Origin: an uncultured bacterium
Lineage (GTDB): Bacteria; Patescibacteriota; Minisyncoccia; Phycocordibacterales; GWA1-40-21
Length of the DNA: 64,000 nt
Assembly (NCBI GenBank): GCA_903822075.1
Contig: CAIJNK010000004.1
Location: 12,661 to 76,660 of the forward strand
Direction: 5' to 3'
The notes below the pieces were generated by a model. That model was not told the DNA's origin. It worked only from the letters and a program-made list of their open reading frames with translations, and searched no databases. Positions within the stretch are counted from its first letter, which is position 1; every line of letters starts with the position of its first letter. Of this stretch, positions 46,961-57,301 are shown piece by piece. The position numbers were made by a program, and so were the translations under genes.

Positions 46961-47908
46961 TTATAGTAAGTATTTTTGTTTGTTGGCTACATGCTCATCG
47001 AATGTTTTAGCATAATGCATGACACCATCTTTATCGGTCAAAAAATACAGATAATCAGTCTTGATCGGACTTAAAACAGCGATGATAGAATCAAGTCCCG
47101 GATTACAAATGGGTGTTGGGGGCAAACCTTTGTATAGATATGTATTATACGGAGAATCTATTTTCAAATCTGCAGTAGTTAAAGTGGCAGTAGTTTTGCC
47201 GTTGATATACTTAAAGGATGAGTCCACCTGAAGCGGCATACTCAGTGCCAGCCTTTTCCACAATATGCCAGCCACTATTTGCCTGGTTTCCGTCGTTCGT
47301 CCTTCTTCTTCAACAATAGAGGCCATTTTGATAATGTCTGATTCAGTCTTGCCGGAGGCTTTTATCTTATCTTCGACTGTCGCAATTTTTCTATTATAAT
47401 TTGCCTGCATTGCCTCAATGACCGTGTATACACCAGTATTAGTCTGGAAAATATAGGTGTCCGGAAAAAGATAACCTTCCAGACTTTTGGCCTTGGCGAT
47501 GAAATCCGCCGGCGTGACTTTGGCTAACTTGGCGGAAATTATTGGCGCCATTTCCGATACGCTCAAGCCTTCGGGTACAGTAATCTTTACTTGGGCCAGA
47601 CGATAATCCCCGCTTGTTAATCTATGAGCTAAGCTGTAGGAATTTTCCGCTTTCTCTAGAACGTAGTCACCGGCGATTATTCCTTTTGTGCCGCCAAGTA
47701 GGACAGCATAAACTTTGAATAAAAAAGGTGAGCGAATGATTTTTTCTGCCTGCATTTTTTTTGCCAAAGAGTTTAAACCAGTGCCATTTTCTACTGTATA
47801 GACAGTTCCAACCGGAAAACCTACTGGAGACCTTTGCTCAAACACAACAAAAACCGAAATAATTAAAATAATGATAATAGCTAAATATGCAGTCAGTTTC
47901 CAGTTCAT
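46961..47908 (-). CDS. mltG: endolytic murein transglycosylase MltG/YceG
   Basis: N-terminal TM; YceG-like blocks (…YLFPDTYIF…, LTDKDGVMHYAKTFDEH). Confidence 0.7.
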   Translation of the reverse strand: MNWKLTAYLAIIIILIISVFVVFEQRSPVGFPVGTVYTVENGTGLNSLAKKMQAEKIIRSPFLFKVYAVLLGGTKGIIAGDYVLEKAENSYSLAHRLTSGDYRLAQVKITVPEGLSVSEMAPIISAKLAKVTPADFIAKAKSLEGYLFPDTYIFQTNTGVYTVIEAMQANYNRKIATVEDKIKASGKTESDIIKMASIVEEEGRTTETRQIVAGILWKRLALSMPLQVDSSFKYINGKTTATLTTADLKIDSPYNTYLYKGLPPTPICNPGLDSIIAVLSPIKTDYLYFLTDKDGVMHYAKTFDEHVANKQKYLL

Positions 47909-47910
47909 GA

Positions 47911-49227
47911 CTAATTCTTAATTGGTAAATTGGCCGGCGGTTCAGATTTTTTGGAGGCAATCTTAGGGAGGGTCGGCGTAGCCGAGACATTGCCTGGGAA
48001 GTGATAGATGGTGGCCAGCTCCTCGGTATTAAGTATGAAAGGATTTTGACGATAATACTGGTATGGAGGGAAAAAGAAAGAGCGCAACCGATAGGCATCA
48101 AACATCTCGTTGGTTAATTTGGCTTTCCTCAAAGTAATCACTTTTTTCAAAAAGGGAAAAAGAGTAGACCAATCCTTAAGGTTATCACTGACGTCAGTCC
48201 ACTTTGATAATCTCAACCCATTTAGCGTAAGAGAGTTATACTGACGCATGGCACCGATGTAACCTGAGATATAGGAAGAATTGAAAACTTCCTTATTTGA
48301 CAGGTAAAATCCTCGGATCATGGTATCAAAAGCCATCTTACTAATCCCCCTTTCTATGGCGGCGATGGTTTCCGTCTGACCCTTGGTCATGTTAGGAAAA
48401 CCAGGGAAATCACCCTTTGTTTCTGGTGTGGCTTTTTTCTTAATGTCAGCAATTTCTTCCAGAGCTTCTTTTTCCCAATTACCCCTCTCTCGGAGTCGGT
48501 GATTTTTTAGATCCTCTTTATTGTGCATCTTAATCAGAATTTGCATCCAGATTTGTTGTCCCTTACCTGCCGAACCTAAAAATTCCAAGACGGCGGTCAT
48601 GGGGTCAATCCGGTATTCGTCTTTCTGGTCCTTATCCATATTGTAATCCACATACGTCTTAATTGGATAGATATCCTTTTTTAAGAGCTTAAATTGTAAG
48701 CCCCAGATAATATGTTTCGCTGGATCAAAGTTAAATTGTCGAACGTAGTCTTTCTCTGGCGGCACCTCATACACTTCCACCGTGGGATATTGAGCATAAA
48801 TTTGAGCTTCCAGTATTTTTTTGAATTTGGTTTCCGACGACCAGATATAAAAATGAATCTGCCCCTCAATCGAAGCTAACTCCAAGGAAAACCAACCTTT
48901 CACCTTTCCATCCAAATATGCTTCGGTATAAGTAGCCGCCCCGCTTGCTTGCATGGCTGCAAAAATGATCTCCATGGCCAAGGGCGACTTTTGGATATCT
49001 TTTGGGATTCTTATCTCAAAGAGGAAGGGTTTAAGTTTGGAAATATACTTCAGCTGAACATAGCGAACCCAGAGGATCACTGCCATATAGATCAAAATTA
49101 CCGGTACCAGAATGGGCGACAAGACAAAAAGAATCTTGTAGATAAGCGGCAGGATCTCCGTATTGAATTTGGTAAGAAGCTCCAGAAACATGTCTGCCAT
49201 TATAACACATGACAAAATTAAAAACAC
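47911..49227 (-). CDS. hypothetical membrane protein (438 aa)
   Basis: Two N-terminal TM helices plus a large soluble domain; no motif recognised. Confidence 0.4.
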   Translation of the reverse strand: MFLILSCVIMADMFLELLTKFNTEILPLIYKILFVLSPILVPVILIYMAVILWVRYVQLKYISKLKPFLFEIRIPKDIQKSPLAMEIIFAAMQASGAATYTEAYLDGKVKGWFSLELASIEGQIHFYIWSSETKFKKILEAQIYAQYPTVEVYEVPPEKDYVRQFNFDPAKHIIWGLQFKLLKKDIYPIKTYVDYNMDKDQKDEYRIDPMTAVLEFLGSAGKGQQIWMQILIKMHNKEDLKNHRLRERGNWEKEALEEIADIKKKATPETKGDFPGFPNMTKGQTETIAAIERGISKMAFDTMIRGFYLSNKEVFNSSYISGYIGAMRQYNSLTLNGLRLSKWTDVSDNLKDWSTLFPFLKKVITLRKAKLTNEMFDAYRLRSFFFPPYQYYRQNPFILNTEELATIYHFPGNVSATPTLPKIASKKSEPPANLPIKN

Positions 49228-49258
49228 CCCGGTTCGCGGAGTGCTTTTAATTTAAATC

Positions 49259-50293
49259 TTATTTTACAATCTCGTACTTCCCTTCCTTACTCTTTTTAAA
49301 GAATTTTGGATTCTGCAAGTTGATGACAATGGTGTTTTCCTTTACATAACGTTCTTTTAAGACTTTCTGAATCACCTCCTGCTTGGTCATTGGACCGTAT
49401 TTCTCAATGAGCTTCTTGATGACATCTTTGACCACACCGCTCATATAACCCCATTCGGACAAAGCATACAAACCGCGTCCCACCAGAACAAAACGAGGAT
49501 CTTTTATCAGTTCATTGTGAGTGGTTGCCACGTGTGCCTTAATTTTGAAAACTTCCGTAATGATTTTAGCCACCTCGCGGAAATGGATGGGCGAACCATG
49601 TCTTCTAATGACCAAATAAGCATAATCTCTCATACCTTTGGTACTAATATTTGAAGACTCGGTCTTACCCCATTCACCCAAAGTATTCTTACCAATCTTC
49701 TTTGACAAGGCTAACCACCTTTTTGCTATTTCCTCATTCTTGTATTTTTCAGAGACATCTTCTAGATGACCGAGGAAGGATTTGATAATATCCGGTTCGG
49801 ACATGAGATCCTCGCTCTTTAAAGTAGCGTAAAGCTTCCGCAACGCCTCATGAACTTTTTCCGATAAGGAACTGTCAATAAACCAGCGGTGTTTAAAATC
49901 CTCGTCTTCCTTGATTTTATTAAAAGGATGACCAACAACCAAAATAAAATTTATATGGCTTTGAATGGAGGCGTCAGTAGATATATAATCCAAAAGGTCC
50001 TGCTCAACGACAATACCGCCAAGAGAATGAATAATTTTTTCAACTTCGTCAAAAGTAGGTTTTTCCTCAAAATATTGCTTGGATTTCCGAATAACGGCCA
50101 AAGCGTGGTTTTCAATCTGCCTGACACGCTCACGAGTTATGCCGTATGTCTTGCCAATAGCATCCAAGGTCATTGGCTCTGAGTCCTTACCCAAACCATA
50201 GCGCTTGGTCATGACATCGCGAGACCGTTGGGAAAGGGCACCGATCAGTCTTTTGCTAACTTGCTTTGGTTTAAAATTTATTGTTATTGACAT
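49259..50293 (-). CDS. putative transcription factor: sigma-70 region-4-like HTH (N-terminal) plus HARE-HTH-like domain (C-terminal)
   Basis: MTLDAIGKTYGITRERVRQIENHALAVIRK resembles sigma region 4.2; C-terminal …DPRFVLVGRGLYALSEWGY resembles the HARE-HTH of the RNAP delta subunit and ASXL proteins. Confidence 0.45.
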   Translation of the reverse strand: MSITINFKPKQVSKRLIGALSQRSRDVMTKRYGLGKDSEPMTLDAIGKTYGITRERVRQIENHALAVIRKSKQYFEEKPTFDEVEKIIHSLGGIVVEQDLLDYISTDASIQSHINFILVVGHPFNKIKEDEDFKHRWFIDSSLSEKVHEALRKLYATLKSEDLMSEPDIIKSFLGHLEDVSEKYKNEEIAKRWLALSKKIGKNTLGEWGKTESSNISTKGMRDYAYLVIRRHGSPIHFREVAKIITEVFKIKAHVATTHNELIKDPRFVLVGRGLYALSEWGYMSGVVKDVIKKLIEKYGPMTKQEVIQKVLKERYVKENTIVINLQNPKFFKKSKEGKYEIVK

Positions 50294-50388
50294 ACTTGCT
50301 GTTTTTAATTAATAAAAATGTCTTTTTAATATCAGCTATCCTATACCCAAATGGACTTTATGTCAAGTATATGTCAAGCGTTTGCATA

Positions 50389-53300
50389 TCACCGGCACCC
50401 CAACGCCCCCTTGGCCGCCACCACCTTATTTGCCGGTATCACGTCAATGCTAATCAAAAGATCAATAAACTGACAGACTGAAACAGAGGGTTGAGTGGCC
50501 ACTGTTTCCTGCTTCAAGATATCATTAACATACTTAATGGTACCCAGACCAAAGACACCAGTACCTTTGGTGACACCAGCGGGTTTGAGGATTTCGTTGT
50601 AATGAGCAGTCTGGAAGCGGATGAGAGCGAGTCTGGTGGCATCATTGAAGTAAGTGGTTTCGTGATTAGGAGAACTGGTACCGGTGGTGGCAATGATGAA
50701 GTTATGAGTGTTAAGGAAGATTTGGAGTTGTTTGATGTCGGAATCAGTGGTATAGGGATTTAGGATATGGGTGAAGAGGAAGGGAGGGGCGGAGGTGACG
50801 GTGGCGGTAAAGGTAGAAGTGGCCAGGGTGGAAGTAGCGGTGGTGGTGGCTAGGGGTTTGGGGATGACTGGTGGCGGAGTACCGCCACCACTGCTACCTC
50901 CTCCGCCCCCTCCGGTAGGAACATATGTACAAGTTTGTGAGAGGACGGGACTGCCGCCTGTACAACCATCCGGTGACGAAGTGACTACGGTGTGACCTTG
51001 AGTTCCCGAAACAGGACAGACAGCCGGAGACCAGGCAGAGTAGGTGAAGGAGGTGCAAGTTTGGGGAGTGGGCGGAATTTCGGTTTTTGATATTTGATAA
51101 ATGTGGACTTCACCCGGCATAAATGAATCGCTGAAAGCGCCGCCAGTCATATTTATTGTTCGGTTGCTTTCACCATAAACATTAACTGTTTTATCGGCCA
51201 GATCGGAAACATTAAAATTAACACTAGTGGATGTGCCGGACATTTCACCAATCTCGCTTAATCTGGTGGCAAAAATCCAAATATCCGAATCGGTTTCTTT
51301 TATCATGGTGTCAACCCGGTTACCATCGGCATTTGCATCATCCGTAACCGCGTGAGTTGAGTTTGAACCCAAAACGGCGGGCGCTAATGTCTGCATATCG
51401 GTAACAAATTGTGAAATAACAGCGGCGTTGTCTGTTGGGATGTCAATCCAATTATTATTTATGGAATCATAATTATACCAACTTATTCCCTTCATGCCAT
51501 GGATAACATTTAACCATATCTCCATTTTTAACAACTCTGGCGTCAAATGAGGCTGGGTCGAAGACATATCACAAGCCTCCACAAATGAAGTAAAAGGGGT
51601 TAATCCAAAATTATTTTTTTGGAATTCATCCATTATGGAAGTATACTGGCTCATCGTCATCTGAGTGTCTCCATTGCTTGCCCAAACGGGATAAACGTCA
51701 AAAGAAAGAATATCAGCCACAGGCTCCAAAGAAAGATAGCCTTTAGTCTTTGTGACGTCCGGAACGTAGCCGTAAAGATTAAGAATGTTTGGATGATTTG
51801 GATCGTTCACATGAGAGATGGCAGTATACAAGTCCATTAAAGCCGGGGTATAAAAAGAAGTTTTAAGATCCGGCTCATCCGCCCAAGTCCAGAATAGAAG
51901 TGACTGATTATTTCTAAATGTCGAAGTGTACTGCGCGATTGTATTAGGCGCATTTGTCGTCAGGTAATTTGGATATCTCGAGTCCGGCCCAAACGTTTTT
52001 ACGCCAAGGCCAGAGACTGTCTGCAAATAACTTGTAAACTCGTTCACTGAATAGTTTGCGGACCATAACGGGTTCCAGCTCGCCACGTTAATCAGATTAG
52101 CCGCCAACATGCCTGAAAGTTTATTTGTATCAGGCGGATAGAACAAGCCAACCGGAAAAATCTTCACACCATTGCTCAATAAATTATTATCCTTATCTAT
52201 GGAGACGAAAGGGGTTCCCGAAACATATTTTGTTAAAGTGGTTGTAGCACTGTACTTTTCAGTGTTCTGACTATCCAAAAGTTTTACAACTAAAGAATGA
52301 TCACCCACCGACAGTGGGACCATGTCTACGGCAAATTTTTCCCGGCCGACTAAATTTGAAATTGTTATATACAGTAAACCATCAAGTGAAGCGACTATCG
52401 TGTCGCCGGTCGAATACCCAGTCAAAGCCAAATCGATATAAAGTGAAGAATGAGCAAAAGAATTAGCGTGACGAATATTAATAAAAGAAGACTGGTCGAC
52501 AATCGGACTGGCGCTAAATGCCGTATCGTCAAAATAAATTGTTCCTCCGTTACCAACCTCAGAACCAGTTTTGTCCATCCCCATCACGAAACGGCTGATA
52601 TTGCCAATTGTGGCATTTATCATGGAAATTTCCGTATTACCGTTAATTTTAGCTGTGAATGCACCCGTTCCGGTTCCGGTCTGATATTCTATGTCCAACG
52701 GATACCAATGCCCACGAATCAAAGGTGTTGCCACGGAAGCGCACGCTCCGCCGGTGGCAAGGCAAAAAGAATCGGCATTTATTTTGTTTAAATAAATTTT
52801 TTTCACAGAGTTATAACTACCATCTTCTAAATTCAGAAAAACAATTTTTGGAGAACTGGCATTGCCCAAGACGAAATCATTGCCTAAATAAAAATAAATT
52901 TGCGCATAGGCGTGCGGCCCGAAGTATTCGTTCTGGTAAAACCAGGCTTTATTGCTTGACGCAGGACTGACTTGCGTGATTGCTGAGTATAATCCGGAAT
53001 GGGCCACAACAGTACTGACCGAGATTACACCAGTACCTGACTGACCGGTATATGATAAGTTTGGTAGATCTCCAACCTCAAAATCTTCATATAATAGTGG
53101 CTTACTGCCATCTGGTATAAAATTGGCAATAATATTTTTATTTGAACTCATGGTTAAGGCTAAGGGATTTTTTGTGGTAGCAACATCTCCTGACCAGGAT
53201 GAAAAGATATAACCGCTCGCGGGCGTGGCCGTCAAGGTGACGGTATCGCCAAAGGCATAAGTGGTGGAAGCCGAGGAATTATCTATCGTTCCATTGGCGG

Positions 53301-53850
53301 CTGAAGTGTTGAGCGTGTAGATGGGATTACCTTGGTCAAAGGCAAAGGCGTCGGCGTAAACATAATTGGTGGTACTGCCGGTTCGAATCAAGGCATATTC
53401 ATCGTCGGTACCGGCAAAGTAATAATTGCCGAGCAGATTCCACTGCCGGCCGTTTGCGCTTTCGTCCACCATGACGGTGGTTGTGGTGGCGTTGTGGACA
53501 ATATCCACTGGCGTATTGGTGGCGGCCTGGCTGGCAGCGGGATAATTTATGTAGACATTGTAATTGCCGGCGGTAGTAATGTGAGAATTGAATTTGACAG
53601 TGGAGGTACCTTTGTTGGTATTCTTATCATGAAGATAGTTGGCGCCGTAATAGCCTAAACTGTAAGTACTTGTTGCCCAGTTGCCAATAATGTCTCCAGC
53701 CGGTATATCGGAATTATCCACCATAATGGGGGTGCTGGTGACGGTGTCAGCGTGGACATGGGAGATGGTTTGAGAGTGAAAAGAAGAAAGGAAGAAAAAG
53801 ATAAAAGAAAAAGAAAGAAAAGTGAAGGAGAGAAATTTGAATAATTTCAT
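50389..53850 (-). CDS. large secreted/surface protein (1153 aa): signal peptide, Ig-like repeats, putative glycoside-hydrolase-like TIM-barrel region, Gly/Thr/Ser-rich linker, C-terminal peptidoglycan-binding (PG_binding_1-like) domain
   Basis: N-terminal MKLFKFLSFTFLSFSFIFFFLSS; FWTWADEPDL / ISWYNYDS blocks; GGGGGSSGGG-TPPPV linker; C-terminal …DIKQLQIFLN…ATRLALIRFQ…. Confidence 0.5.
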   Translation of the reverse strand: MKLFKFLSFTFLSFSFIFFFLSSFHSQTISHVHADTVTSTPIMVDNSDIPAGDIIGNWATSTYSLGYYGANYLHDKNTNKGTSTVKFNSHITTAGNYNVYINYPAASQAATNTPVDIVHNATTTTVMVDESANGRQWNLLGNYYFAGTDDEYALIRTGSTTNYVYADAFAFDQGNPIYTLNTSAANGTIDNSSASTTYAFGDTVTLTATPASGYIFSSWSGDVATTKNPLALTMSSNKNIIANFIPDGSKPLLYEDFEVGDLPNLSYTGQSGTGVISVSTVVAHSGLYSAITQVSPASSNKAWFYQNEYFGPHAYAQIYFYLGNDFVLGNASSPKIVFLNLEDGSYNSVKKIYLNKINADSFCLATGGACASVATPLIRGHWYPLDIEYQTGTGTGAFTAKINGNTEISMINATIGNISRFVMGMDKTGSEVGNGGTIYFDDTAFSASPIVDQSSFINIRHANSFAHSSLYIDLALTGYSTGDTIVASLDGLLYITISNLVGREKFAVDMVPLSVGDHSLVVKLLDSQNTEKYSATTTLTKYVSGTPFVSIDKDNNLLSNGVKIFPVGLFYPPDTNKLSGMLAANLINVASWNPLWSANYSVNEFTSYLQTVSGLGVKTFGPDSRYPNYLTTNAPNTIAQYTSTFRNNQSLLFWTWADEPDLKTSFYTPALMDLYTAISHVNDPNHPNILNLYGYVPDVTKTKGYLSLEPVADILSFDVYPVWASNGDTQMTMSQYTSIMDEFQKNNFGLTPFTSFVEACDMSSTQPHLTPELLKMEIWLNVIHGMKGISWYNYDSINNNWIDIPTDNAAVISQFVTDMQTLAPAVLGSNSTHAVTDDANADGNRVDTMIKETDSDIWIFATRLSEIGEMSGTSTSVNFNVSDLADKTVNVYGESNRTINMTGGAFSDSFMPGEVHIYQISKTEIPPTPQTCTSFTYSAWSPAVCPVSGTQGHTVVTSSPDGCTGGSPVLSQTCTYVPTGGGGGGSSGGGTPPPVIPKPLATTTATSTLATSTFTATVTSAPPFLFTHILNPYTTDSDIKQLQIFLNTHNFIIATTGTSSPNHETTYFNDATRLALIRFQTAHYNEILKPAGVTKGTGVFGLGTIKYVNDILKQETVATQPSVSVCQFIDLLISIDVIPANKVVAAKGALGCR

Positions 53851-53908
53851 TAGGTTGAAGAATTAACTGATATGAATGAATTATATCATCACGCCAAACA
53901 TATTGAAA

Positions 53909-56900
53909 CTAATCGGTAATCAGCGCCAAGATCCTTTCCTTGAGAAACAGTTTCTTTTTTACCTGCTTGCCCGCAAGCCACTTATAAACATCTTCCCGAG
54001 CGAGGGCTACTTTCTCCACTTCCGCCTGGTTGGAACCGACGGGCATTTCAAAGTTAGCGCGCGGCTTGCCATTTATTTGAACGATAATAACCACCTTCTC
54101 CGAAATTGTTTTTTTCTCATCATATTCCGGCCACTTCTCCAAATGAATAGATTTTTTATGACCAAGATTAGCCCAAATTTCTTCCGTCATATGTGGTGCA
54201 AACGGCGCCAATAATTTTAGAATAGTTTCATATTCTGTTTTTGTTATCTCATTTTTTTCGGCCAAATTGACCAAAATCATAAAGGCCGAAATAGCGGTAT
54301 TAAAACTGAAGTCTACAATATCCTCAGTCACTTTTTTTATTGTTTTATGAAGTAGTGCCTCAAATTCAATGTTTTCAACCACCCTTTTGTTTACTACCCT
54401 ATCTTGTAACTTCCAAACTTTTTCCAAGAAACGGCGTGAGCCCACCATATTATCAGTACTCCAAGCAATTTCCTGATCAAACGGACCCATGAACATTTCA
54501 TAGACGCGTAAGGTATCCGCCCCCACATTTTTTATCACTTCATCAGGGTTTATGACGTTCCCCCAGCGCTTGCTCATTTTACGTGAATCCGAACCCAGAA
54601 TCATTCCTTGATTTTTGAGCTGCCTAAACGGTTCTTTCTCACTGACCACACCTATGTCAAATAAAAACTTATGCCAAAAACGCGCATAGATAAGGTGCCT
54701 AGTGGCGTGTTCAGTTCCACCCACGTACAAGTCCACGCCATTTTTCATCCAGTATTTTTCTTTCTTTTTATCCACCAACGCTTTACTATTTTTCGGATCA
54801 ATATAACGCAAATAGTACCAGGAAGAGCCGGCCCATTGAGGCATAGTGTTAGTCTCTCTTTTGGCTTTGCCTTTACAATTTGGGCATTTAGTATTTACCC
54901 ATTTGGAAATAGCCGCCAAAGGCGATTCACCGGTCCCCGTCGGTTCGTAAAACTTTACATTTGGCAATTCCACCGGCAAATCTTTCTCCGGTACGGGCAC
55001 CGCGCCGCATTTCTCACAGTGAATAACGGGAATTGGTTCGCCCCAATAACGCTGACGGGAAAACACCCAGTCCTTCAGTCGATACGTCACTTTCTGCTTA
55101 CCGTCAGCCAAATCGGTAATTTCTTTTTTTGCCTCCTCACTATCCATTCCGTCAAAATTCCCAGAGTTTATCAGAATCCCTTGACCAGTAAAGCATTCTG
55201 AGCCGGTTTTATAGACTTGCCACATATATTTAAAGGCTTCAAGATTCAACCAGCCTTCCATTTTATCGGCCTCTATCCAGACAGCTTTGTGATTTTTTGT
55301 TTCCGCTTCCGTGGTAGGTATTTTTTTGTCATCAACAAGTTCAAACAACATTCCCCGTCCAATGCCATATCGGTTTACATCTTTATGGGCGGCAAAAAAA
55401 TGATTATGCTGCTCACCGCCAAGCTCACGGATGTATTTCACGTTAACGTAACCGGTTTCCTCACGGATCTCACGAAGGGCAGCAGCTTGAAAACTTTCAC
55501 CGTCGTCCAATCCACCAATTATGCCTGAATGCCAGCCAAACTTTTCCCAATCCAGGCACAAGAATTTATTTGTCTTTTTATCCATGACCAAGGCATAGGC
55601 GGTGGTTCTTCTGACCGTCTCTTTATCCGACCGCGCCTGGTCTCTATCTTTCTCTGATTTTGTAAAATACGGAACAACCACTTCTTTGACCGGCAAATTA
55701 TATTTTTTGGCAAAAGAATAATCCCGTTCATCATGCGCCGGTACGGACATAACGGCACCGGTACCGTAATTATTCAAAACATAGTCCGCAATAAAGACTG
55801 GCAAAATTTCTTTAGTCAGCGGATGTTTGGCCTCCACACCAGATAGCCTCAAACCAGTTTTGTTCTTATCAACAGCCGTTCTTTCTATTTCCGTTTTTGC
55901 TTTGACACTCTCGCGATATTTTTCCACTTCCGCCCAATTTTTAATCAGCGGCTTCAAGCTGTCCACCAGTTTATTTTCCGGCGCGAGCACCACGTAAGTG
56001 ACGCCAAACAAAGTATCGGGCCTAGTCGTAAACACCCTTATTTTTTCCTCGGAATTTTTTAGATTAAACCATAACTCCGAACCTTCACTCCGACCGATCC
56101 AATTTCTTTGCGCTTCTTTTATGGACTCAGACCAATTCAAGAGTGGTTTTGGCCAACCTAAATTGGGATCCTTAAGCCGTTTCAGCCAGATTGGTAATTC
56201 GGAATTGACCATTTTGCCGGGGACAAAATCTTTTTCTTCAACCCAAATAATTTCGTTATCCTTATCTTCACCATCGGCAATTGGCGCTCGCTTGTCACTC
56301 TTTAATTCAAAATACGCCGCCTGAGCATAGGCGATTCTATTTTCTCCCTTATGTTTGGTATAATAATGGGCTTCGGTCTGTCCGCCCAAAAGGCGCTTAA
56401 ATTCAATATCAACATAACCAGTCTCCTCCTGCACTTCCCTTCTGGCCGTTTTGACAACATCTTCTCCAGCCTCAATACCGCCAATAATAACCGTATCCCA
56501 GCCAAACTTTTTATTACGAATAATCAGATATTTTTTATTTCTTGGATCAAAGACAATGGCGTGCGCAACGTAACGCTTGACCAAAGGCTTACCGGGTTGA
56601 TGCGGGTTCACCTTATCAATCACTTTCGGCATGATGTAATCTTCTGAATCAAGATCGGCTAAAAGTCGGTCGGCATAGTCGGTAATTTTGAGCACCCACT
56701 GGCGCATCGGTTTTTTTTCCACTAGAGTACCACACCGTTCACAGTTGGGACCGTCTAAATCTTCATTGGCCAACCCGGTCTTACAGGAAGGACACCAGTT
56801 AATGGGTTCAAAGCTTTCATAGGCCAAACCCTTTTTAAGCAGTTGCAGAAAAATCCACTGGGTCCACTTATAATAGTTTGGATCTGTCGTGTTTATCTCT

Positions 56901-57295
56901 CGCTTCCAGTCGTACCCCAAACCGATTATGGACAATTGCTCCTTGAAGCGTTTAACATTTCGCTCCATCGCCACCGCTGGGTGGATTTTATTCTTGATTG
57001 CATAATTTTCCGCCGGTAACCCAAATGCGTCCCAGCCCATGGGGTGGAGAACATTATAACCATGCATCCTTTTGTATTTTGAATACACATCGGTCGCAAT
57101 ATAACCGCGCGGATGACCTACATGTAGGCCGTCGCCGGATGGATATGGAAACATATCTAGGACGTAAAACTTGTCACTCTTGGATTTATCCTTAGTTTGG
57201 TTTATCTTTTTTTTGTCCCAAATTTTGCGCCATTTAGGTTCAATTTTTAAATGATTATATTCCCCATTTTTTGAGGTTGTTTGTTTCTTTTTCAT
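53909..57295 (-). CDS. leuS: leucyl-tRNA synthetase carrying two inserted NUDIX-hydrolase domains
   Basis: HIGH (HVGH), zinc-knuckle CPSCKTG…CERCG, CP1 editing (…TTRPDTLFGVTYVVLAPE…), KMSKS (KMSKRWGN). Two extra blocks each carry a perfect Nudix box: G(GIEAG)E-DVVKTAR-REVQEETGY and G(GLDDG)E-SFQAAAL-REIREETGY. Confidence 0.9.
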   Translation of the reverse strand: MKKKQTTSKNGEYNHLKIEPKWRKIWDKKKINQTKDKSKSDKFYVLDMFPYPSGDGLHVGHPRGYIATDVYSKYKRMHGYNVLHPMGWDAFGLPAENYAIKNKIHPAVAMERNVKRFKEQLSIIGLGYDWKREINTTDPNYYKWTQWIFLQLLKKGLAYESFEPINWCPSCKTGLANEDLDGPNCERCGTLVEKKPMRQWVLKITDYADRLLADLDSEDYIMPKVIDKVNPHQPGKPLVKRYVAHAIVFDPRNKKYLIIRNKKFGWDTVIIGGIEAGEDVVKTARREVQEETGYVDIEFKRLLGGQTEAHYYTKHKGENRIAYAQAAYFELKSDKRAPIADGEDKDNEIIWVEEKDFVPGKMVNSELPIWLKRLKDPNLGWPKPLLNWSESIKEAQRNWIGRSEGSELWFNLKNSEEKIRVFTTRPDTLFGVTYVVLAPENKLVDSLKPLIKNWAEVEKYRESVKAKTEIERTAVDKNKTGLRLSGVEAKHPLTKEILPVFIADYVLNNYGTGAVMSVPAHDERDYSFAKKYNLPVKEVVVPYFTKSEKDRDQARSDKETVRRTTAYALVMDKKTNKFLCLDWEKFGWHSGIIGGLDDGESFQAAALREIREETGYVNVKYIRELGGEQHNHFFAAHKDVNRYGIGRGMLFELVDDKKIPTTEAETKNHKAVWIEADKMEGWLNLEAFKYMWQVYKTGSECFTGQGILINSGNFDGMDSEEAKKEITDLADGKQKVTYRLKDWVFSRQRYWGEPIPVIHCEKCGAVPVPEKDLPVELPNVKFYEPTGTGESPLAAISKWVNTKCPNCKGKAKRETNTMPQWAGSSWYYLRYIDPKNSKALVDKKKEKYWMKNGVDLYVGGTEHATRHLIYARFWHKFLFDIGVVSEKEPFRQLKNQGMILGSDSRKMSKRWGNVINPDEVIKNVGADTLRVYEMFMGPFDQEIAWSTDNMVGSRRFLEKVWKLQDRVVNKRVVENIEFEALLHKTIKKVTEDIVDFSFNTAISAFMILVNLAEKNEITKTEYETILKLLAPFAPHMTEEIWANLGHKKSIHLEKWPEYDEKKTISEKVVIIVQINGKPRANFEMPVGSNQAEVEKVALAREDVYKWLAGKQVKKKLFLKERILALITD

Positions 57296-57301
57296 ACCCT
57301 T

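Noticed and set aside
50491-51000. G-rich, repetitive-looking DNA (ggtggcggtaaaggtagaagtgg…) that could be taken for a CRISPR-like or tandem-repeat array
   Set aside because: It is the coding sequence of the Gly/Thr/Ser-rich linker (GGGGGSSGGG, TATSTLATST) of the 1153 aa surface protein. There is no regular repeat-spacer periodicity. The plus-strand ORFs 50491-50763 and 50771-50995 are its antisense shadows.
54671-56647. Plus-strand ORFs inside leuS (54671-55201, 55217-55528, 55998-56324, 56351-56647)
   Set aside because: Antisense to a 1128 aa synthetase gene with continuous motif support; no expression signals.
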